Positions 58,472 to 64,000 of a DNA stretch of 64,000 nt are shown here, in pieces (positions within the stretch are counted from its first letter, which is position 1; each line of letters starts with the position of its first letter). Both the position numbers and the translations under genes were made by a program. The notes under the pieces are model-generated. The model had not been told where the DNA came from and made no database searches. It saw only the letters and a program-made list of their open reading frames with translations. The stretch lies in the NCBI GenBank assembly GCA_963677745.1, contig OY782391.1, forward strand, positions 832,001 through 896,000, given 5' to 3'. This DNA is from Candidatus Altimarinota bacterium (lineage in GTDB: Bacteria; Patescibacteriota; Gracilibacteria; UBA1369).

Positions 58472-59159
58472 GATCAATAAACCATTGTAGCACCGGGCCG
58501 GGGAAACCGCTCAGGCTGCTTTGCCATAAAAACAGCAGCATTTGTCCGACAAATCCGGCTGCCAGAGGAACGGTCAGATTATCATCCAGTTTGCCTGTCC
58601 ACAGTTCCACCAGACTGGCCGTCATGGCCATCGGCAGGAAAATTCTCCAGTCACCGGGAATCACCAGCATTCCAACCACCACATTCATCATCAAACCGGC
58701 CAAAAAACCTTCCAGTGTTTTCTTTCTGAACATGCGTGTGCGGCCTACGCTCATTCCTACCAGCGCAGCCGTAATATCGCCGAAAATCGTGCAGAGCAGG
58801 GCCAGCAGGGCGATCGGGTAGTCGTAGGCCGCAAAGCATATGATGGTCGAAGCAATAAAGAAGATGTTCCCGGCAATATTGTCTTTTTCATGACGACGCA
58901 GAATATCGATCACCAGAGGCAGTCTCAGTTTATATTCCAGCCTGATGTATTCAATTTCCAGCAGTATTATCAGTAATACCGTCAAAGCCAGTATACCCAG
59001 TTTGGGGCCGTACAGACTGGCCAGCAGCGTGTAGGTGAGAAGCACCGGCAGCTCCAGAAGATGGACGAATTTTCTCAATAATTCTTTCCGGAGCGCCAGT
59101 CTGTGTTCCTCGGTTTTTTTCTGCATCAAAGCCTGTTTTTGTTCTACAGAGATCTTCAT
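58455..59159 (-). CDS. SEC59/DGK1/VTE5-like CTP-dependent polyprenol/diacylglycerol kinase
   Basis: RKFVH, GDITAALVG, KTLEG, DDNLTVP. Confidence 0.85.
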   Translation of the reverse strand: MKISVEQKQALMQKKTEEHRLALRKELLRKFVHLLELPVLLTYTLLASLYGPKLGILALTVLLIILLEIEYIRLEYKLRLPLVIDILRRHEKDNIAGNIFFIASTIICFAAYDYPIALLALLCTIFGDITAALVGMSVGRTRMFRKKTLEGFLAGLMMNVVVGMLVIPGDWRIFLPMAMTASLVELWTGKLDDNLTVPLAAGFVGQMLLFLWQSSLSGFPGPVLQWFIDLIPIF

Positions 59160-62100
59160 TCCGTGACATTAAACAGCTTGCCCGCGCTGCGTCCGAACAC
59201 TTCCGGGAAATATGTTTCCTGAGCCAGTGTGGGCAGATCGGCGAAGTTGCCGACCGAGGTGGCCCTCAGATAATAATCAATTTCATAGACTCCTCTGGGC
59301 AGATAGTCGGCAAAGTACATCACCCGGTCATCCCGCACCTCCGAATGGTTGAAATACCAGTCACCGTAACAATAATAACCGCAGCCTTTTCCATCGCCGC
59401 CTTTGCCGTCACCGGCCTGCAGATTCATTTCGGAAGTTTTCAGGTTAAAGTCTATGCCTTCCAGTCCGGCCGGCAGGAAATCCTCAATCATCACATAATG
59501 TCTGTCCTCCGGGACGATTATGGTCAGTTTGCCGTGCAGGTTCTGGCCGGCCTTGGCTGTTGTAACGGGAGTCTGCAGTTTGGAATCCTCAATCGTGAAA
59601 TATTCCTGCACCACTTCGATCCCTTCGTTTTCAGCCTTCTGATCCTTGAGAGGCAGATAGTATTCCAGATTCATGTCGAAGTAGAGCCGTCCGTCGCCGA
59701 TCTTCTGAGCCGCCACCTCATTGTCCAGATTGTTGGGCAACAAGTCGGTCAGGGGGATTTTGGTTTCCTTCACTTCAAAGAGATTTTTGCTGGTGAAATT
59801 GGTGTCGATGATATTCTTGCCGTTGATATCCACCAGGGCCTGATAAGCGGGGGTAAGTTCTTTCGATTTCTCCAGATATTCGATCATGGACAGCAGACCG
59901 ATGGCGGTCTCCTGGGTGGTGGAAAAATGTCCGCCTTTTCTTTCCCGCAGCAAGGCCTGTAGAATCTTGGGAATAAGCGGATTTTCAGGATTGACCCGGT
60001 TGAGGGCTTTCATGATAACCGCTGTGGTGCGGGTATTGGTATCAAACAAACTGTAATCCAGGTTTTTTTCCTGGAAACTGACGCCGCGCGGTGTCTGAAT
60101 TGAAGAATTTTCCAGATCCTTCCTGAGCGCCTCGATCTTATCGGAGGTGGACTTTTCCGAAGCCTTTTCGGAAAGCTGATTTTGGAAGGCCATCAACAGA
60201 TAGGAACGGGAAATCAGACGCAGCTGGTCTTTCTTTTCATAAAGGCTGTTGAGCATGCCCAGGTCGCCTTTGCCGGCTTCACCCAGCACATACATCACAT
60301 AAGCCTTGGTATTCAGACGGTAGTCTTCGCTTTCATTGGCATCGGCTTTCTGGGGCAGATAATTTTTAAGATATTGCAGCGCAGAGTCATAAACATCTTT
60401 ATCAATTTTATAGCCGGCCTTTTCAGCTTCGTTCATGGTGTTGACTACATAAGCCGTCAGATAGGCGCGCGGTTGGGAATTGATCCAGAGCCCGAAGCCG
60501 CCGCTGGCCTGTTGATTCTTGTAAAGTTCCTGTAAGCCGGTCTCGACATTCTTGTCCACTATGGCGGCGGTTACCCCCTCTATCTTGAATTTACCGGTAT
60601 TTAGCAGTCTCTTCGCCGCCACGTTGGGTAGAATGGCGGAAGTCAGCTGTTCGGTGCAGCCGTAGGGGAAACTGACCAGATATTTGAGACCTTCGCCGAT
60701 TGAACCGGCCAGCGTGGCGGCGGCTGTGATACGCAGCGAGCCGTCTTTCAGATTAAGTCCGATCGGCAGCCAGACCTGTTCTATTTCTTTGGCGTCGGTA
60801 GAAAGGACCTTGGCCATTGCCACGACTTCCGGGAAGCTGCTTTCCTTGACGGGCAGGGTCTGTTCGACGCTGTCCCCCCGCTCACCTCCATTGGCCACGG
60901 CGGTAAAGCTGATCTTGGCCTGATCGGCGGCACCAACCGTTACCTGCCAGTTGAGTTTCTGTGAACCCTTGGCGACTATCGTGGCGGATTTCTCCGTGCC
61001 GTCCAGTATCTGCAGTTCCCCGGATTCCAGAGTGACTTTCAGGGCCTGGTCGGTGTCGGTATAATTATGAACAATCGCCGAAATTTGCATCCGGTCGCCT
61101 TTGGTCATGAATCTGGGCAGAACTGGCCGGACCAGAATGTCCTTGTTGGACAGGAAAGAATATTTATTGCTTCCCACCAGGGCCCGGGCCGACTTGGTGT
61201 CATTGCTGATACCGATAGCCAGTACCTGCCAGGTAGTCAGATTATCGGGTAACTTGAATTCCAGCGTTCCCTCGCCATTGGCATCGGTATTGAGCGTGGC
61301 CTCAAAATAAGCCGTATCTTTGAAAGTGGCGCGTTTCTCGGTATCACCGCCGCCTCCGCCTTTCATTCCCGCCTCCACCTGTACATTGATTCTGGAAATG
61401 GCTTTGGTCAGGGTATGGGCAATGTTAACTCCCAGTAACCTCTTTCGGTAAAATATATTGAGCAAATCGGCTGTCACGCTTTCAGTCAGACTGAGCACGC
61501 TTTCGTCAACCACCGCCAGTGACAGTTCGGCCGCCACCGGTTGGGCGCCGGCGTCGGTTGTTTTTACGGTCAGTTTAACCGTCTCTCCCGGCGAGTAGCG
61601 GGCCTTATCACTCTTGATATCTATATTCAACCGTTTGCCTTCCGTATTGACCTGCAGAGTGGCATAGCCGACCTTGAAAGCCGCCACCTGCCGTTCGTCC
61701 GGCGCACCCTCCGCCGGCGCCGTCAGTCCCGCATCATAGGCATTGCCTTTCATCAGTACCACCGATACGAAAACGTTTGGTAAAAACTTTTCGGTAATCG
61801 GCACTTCAATGGTTTGTGAATTGGATTCCAGTTTGATCACTTTCTGATCCAGCACTTTGTCTTTCTCGTAGGTAACCAGCGCATAGACGTTCCGGTAAGG
61901 GGATTTGACCATTACCCTGGCGGTATCGCCGACTTTGTATTCCATCTTGTCGGTTACCAGTTCGATTTTGTCGTTGTTTTCACTGCCCCAGTTTACAAAG
62001 TCACCGGAACTGACATAGACGGTTGTGGAACTGACAATCTGGTTGTTTTTCTCATCTTTGCCGGTTGCTTCGACTTTGTATACCCCGCCCTTGGCAAATT

Positions 62101-64000
62101 TGAATTCCAAAGTGCCCAAGCCGTGTTCGGCGGTTTTGACGGTCTTCTTTTCCAGCAGTTTATCGTCGTAACTGTTTTCAAAATAATAATCTCCGTCCAC
62201 ATTCTTGCGTTTTACCGTGTTCCAGCTTCTTTCATAGAGCGCCACTTCCACTTCTTTCCCGGGCAGTTCCCGGCCGTCGCTGCTCACAGTGAGTACATCG
62301 AATTTGGCCGGCTTTTCCGTGTCGGCCAGATAGTCTTGACTGCGGATTCCCACATAGAATGATCCTTTGTGTACCGGGAAACTGATGCGGTTGGAGACGC
62401 TCTGATTATTGGCATCCGTTACGGAAGCTTCCAGCGTGTAGATTTGGCTTATTTTCTTGTCGCTGATATTGAGCGGCAAAGTCACCAGGGCCAGACCCTG
62501 TTCATCGGTTTTGCCTTTGCCCTGGCTGACTATGGAATTTTCTCCGACGCAGCCCCAGTAACAGAAATAACCTTCATCGGCGAAGCTGAACCAGCCTCCG
62601 GCCAGTTTGGCGGCCAGTTCTTCTGGCAGGATAAAATAATAATCCTGAGCCTTGAGAGTCCATCTGATTTCAGCGTCTTTGAGAGGTGCGCCGAAGAAAT
62701 ACCCGGCTTCCACCCTCACGTTGGCGCTTTGATTGTTCACATATTCTTTTTTGTCGCTGGAAAGATCCAGTTTGTATTCCGGCTTGCGGTATTCATAAAC
62801 CTTGAAGGAAGCGTAAAATTCCGTCATCCAGGAGGGACCTTTGGCATCCAGCAATTCAGTGTGAATCGAGAAGTCGCCGGTCGGAATTTTGTCCCCCAAA
62901 GTCAGTTTGCCGATAAAGGTGCCGTTGTTGCTGATGGCCAGCTCCTGCTGGTAAATCTGATTGCTCTGGGCATCGTTGATGGTAACTTTAACTTTTTTCA
63001 GGTCTGGCAGTTTGAATTTATAATCTTTTTCCTGGCGGACAATGCCCTTGAAATAGACCTCCTGTCCCGGCCGGTAAATCGGACGGTCGGTGTATTGATA
63101 CAGATAATATTCCGGGGAAACCGGTTCCGAATTGATATTGAAATTCCAGGGGGCGATTCCTTCGCTCCAGCTGGTATGGACAAAGCCCGTATCATTTTCG
63201 CGGTCGCCAAAAACCAGGAAATCTCTGTAAAAATCTCCGCTGGCCCCAGGCAGTTTGATTCTCGCCAGTCCGCTGGCATCCGTTTCTCCGCTGGCCGCCT
63301 CGGTATGCAGCGCGTCCATTACCGTGATTTTCTCACCGGCAACAGGTTTACCGTCCTTCAGATCGGTGGCCCAGACCAGCATTTCGGTCAAAGTGGTTTT
63401 GATGGCCAGTGAAGTCTTGCTGACCACGAAGAGAGTTTTCTCGATTTTCGGAACTTCATGACAACCCGGATTTTCTTTTGACTGCCACTCATAGACACAT
63501 TCGGTGGTGGTGACTTTGGGGTTGCCGAGTTCCAGATAGTAAAAACCGCCGGCCAGTTTACCGCCGCTCAGGGCATCCAGATCAAGGGCGGTGTGGCCCT
63601 TCTCATTGAAGCCCAGTGTGACGGCCAGTTTACCTTCAAAATCAAAATCTGTCAGAGACTTGAAGGTTTCATTATTATAATCGATATAACCCTCAGAATA
63701 TAATCTTGAAAACTGTTCCGGGGTCAGTTTCTTTAGTTTGAAAGCCGCATAATCGATATTGACCGATTTTACGTAAAACCTGCTGGCCTGATAGCCGTCC
63801 AGTACGCTCAAATCGGTGCCCTTTTCCAGATCCAGTGCCGGTTTGGAAGCGGGTGTCGTGAATTTCAGTTCGGTTTTTTCATTGTAACCGTTTCCGAAAT
63901 AATCTTTGACGCCCGGGTCGATCGTAATTGTATAGTCGGTGGAAGGCAGATAATTATATCCAATATGAACTGAAGTATCGGTATATGTAACCACCTCTAC
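59156..64000 (-). CDS. Bacterial alpha-2-macroglobulin family protein (5' end lies outside the window)
   Basis: YTDRPIYRPG, EYRKP, LAVVDE, LPDNLTTW, thioester PYGCTEQ, STTQE, EDFLPAG, RDDR. Confidence 0.95.
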   Translation of the reverse strand, partial: VEVVTYTDTSVHIGYNYLPSTDYTITIDPGVKDYFGNGYNEKTELKFTTPASKPALDLEKGTDLSVLDGYQASRFYVKSVNIDYAAFKLKKLTPEQFSRLYSEGYIDYNNETFKSLTDFDFEGKLAVTLGFNEKGHTALDLDALSGGKLAGGFYYLELGNPKVTTTECVYEWQSKENPGCHEVPKIEKTLFVVSKTSLAIKTTLTEMLVWATDLKDGKPVAGEKITVMDALHTEAASGETDASGLARIKLPGASGDFYRDFLVFGDRENDTGFVHTSWSEGIAPWNFNINSEPVSPEYYLYQYTDRPIYRPGQEVYFKGIVRQEKDYKFKLPDLKKVKVTINDAQSNQIYQQELAISNNGTFIGKLTLGDKIPTGDFSIHTELLDAKGPSWMTEFYASFKVYEYRKPEYKLDLSSDKKEYVNNQSANVRVEAGYFFGAPLKDAEIRWTLKAQDYYFILPEELAAKLAGGWFSFADEGYFCYWGCVGENSIVSQGKGKTDEQGLALVTLPLNISDKKISQIYTLEASVTDANNQSVSNRISFPVHKGSFYVGIRSQDYLADTEKPAKFDVLTVSSDGRELPGKEVEVALYERSWNTVKRKNVDGDYYFENSYDDKLLEKKTVKTAEHGLGTLEFKFAKGGVYKVEATGKDEKNNQIVSSTTVYVSSGDFVNWGSENNDKIELVTDKMEYKVGDTARVMVKSPYRNVYALVTYEKDKVLDQKVIKLESNSQTIEVPITEKFLPNVFVSVVLMKGNAYDAGLTAPAEGAPDERQVAAFKVGYATLQVNTEGKRLNIDIKSDKARYSPGETVKLTVKTTDAGAQPVAAELSLAVVDESVLSLTESVTADLLNIFYRKRLLGVNIAHTLTKAISRINVQVEAGMKGGGGGDTEKRATFKDTAYFEATLNTDANGEGTLEFKLPDNLTTWQVLAIGISNDTKSARALVGSNKYSFLSNKDILVRPVLPRFMTKGDRMQISAIVHNYTDTDQALKVTLESGELQILDGTEKSATIVAKGSQKLNWQVTVGAADQAKISFTAVANGGERGDSVEQTLPVKESSFPEVVAMAKVLSTDAKEIEQVWLPIGLNLKDGSLRITAAATLAGSIGEGLKYLVSFPYGCTEQLTSAILPNVAAKRLLNTGKFKIEGVTAAIVDKNVETGLQELYKNQQASGGFGLWINSQPRAYLTAYVVNTMNEAEKAGYKIDKDVYDSALQYLKNYLPQKADANESEDYRLNTKAYVMYVLGEAGKGDLGMLNSLYEKKDQLRLISRSYLLMAFQNQLSEKASEKSTSDKIEALRKDLENSSIQTPRGVSFQEKNLDYSLFDTNTRTTAVIMKALNRVNPENPLIPKILQALLRERKGGHFSTTQETAIGLLSMIEYLEKSKELTPAYQALVDINGKNIIDTNFTSKNLFEVKETKIPLTDLLPNNLDNEVAAQKIGDGRLYFDMNLEYYLPLKDQKAENEGIEVVQEYFTIEDSKLQTPVTTAKAGQNLHGKLTIIVPEDRHYVMIEDFLPAGLEGIDFNLKTSEMNLQAGDGKGGDGKGCGYYCYGDWYFNHSEVRDDRVMYFADYLPRGVYEIDYYLRATSVGNFADLPTLAQETYFPEVFGRSAGKLFNVTE

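Overview
64 kb of bacterial chromosome read with genetic code 11 (TGA is a stop), about 50% GC. Gene content points to a Patescibacteria/CPR organism, probably Peregrinibacteria-like; this is an inference from the archaeal-type ProRS, DUF4012, TrmB, PilX-like, LPxTG and competence genes. It is mostly housekeeping: murD/murL, murA, lysS, proS, argS, dnaB, recA-recX, nusA, pcrA, xer, nrdR, ftsE, ctpA, ymdB, comM, dprA, a pilB-like ATPase, three tRNAs and a partial alpha-2-macroglobulin. No CRISPR array, rRNA or transposase was seen. Most notable items: (1) a high-GC myxobacterial-type Cys-rich MYXO-CTERM surface-protein gene bracketed by imperfect inverted repeats and two structured non-coding RNA candidates; (2) a Tyr/Cys-rich 28-aa leader ORF with terminator/antiterminator ahead of a gamma-glutamyl ligase-like + GATase operon, which also carries a near copy of the recA promoter palindrome; (3) ArgRS fused to a B3/4 editing-like domain; (4) two apparent pseudo-enzymes flanking a TrmB regulator; (5) a PAP2-polyprenol kinase fusion beside murL-murD; (6) 10-bp palindromic repeats upstream of an HTH/coiled-coil/TM gene; (7) tandem paralogs sharing an N-terminal KRF(V/I)Y leader; (8) an AT-rich block inside a CHASE2 sensor. 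All calls are from reading motifs by eye; no database searches were run.
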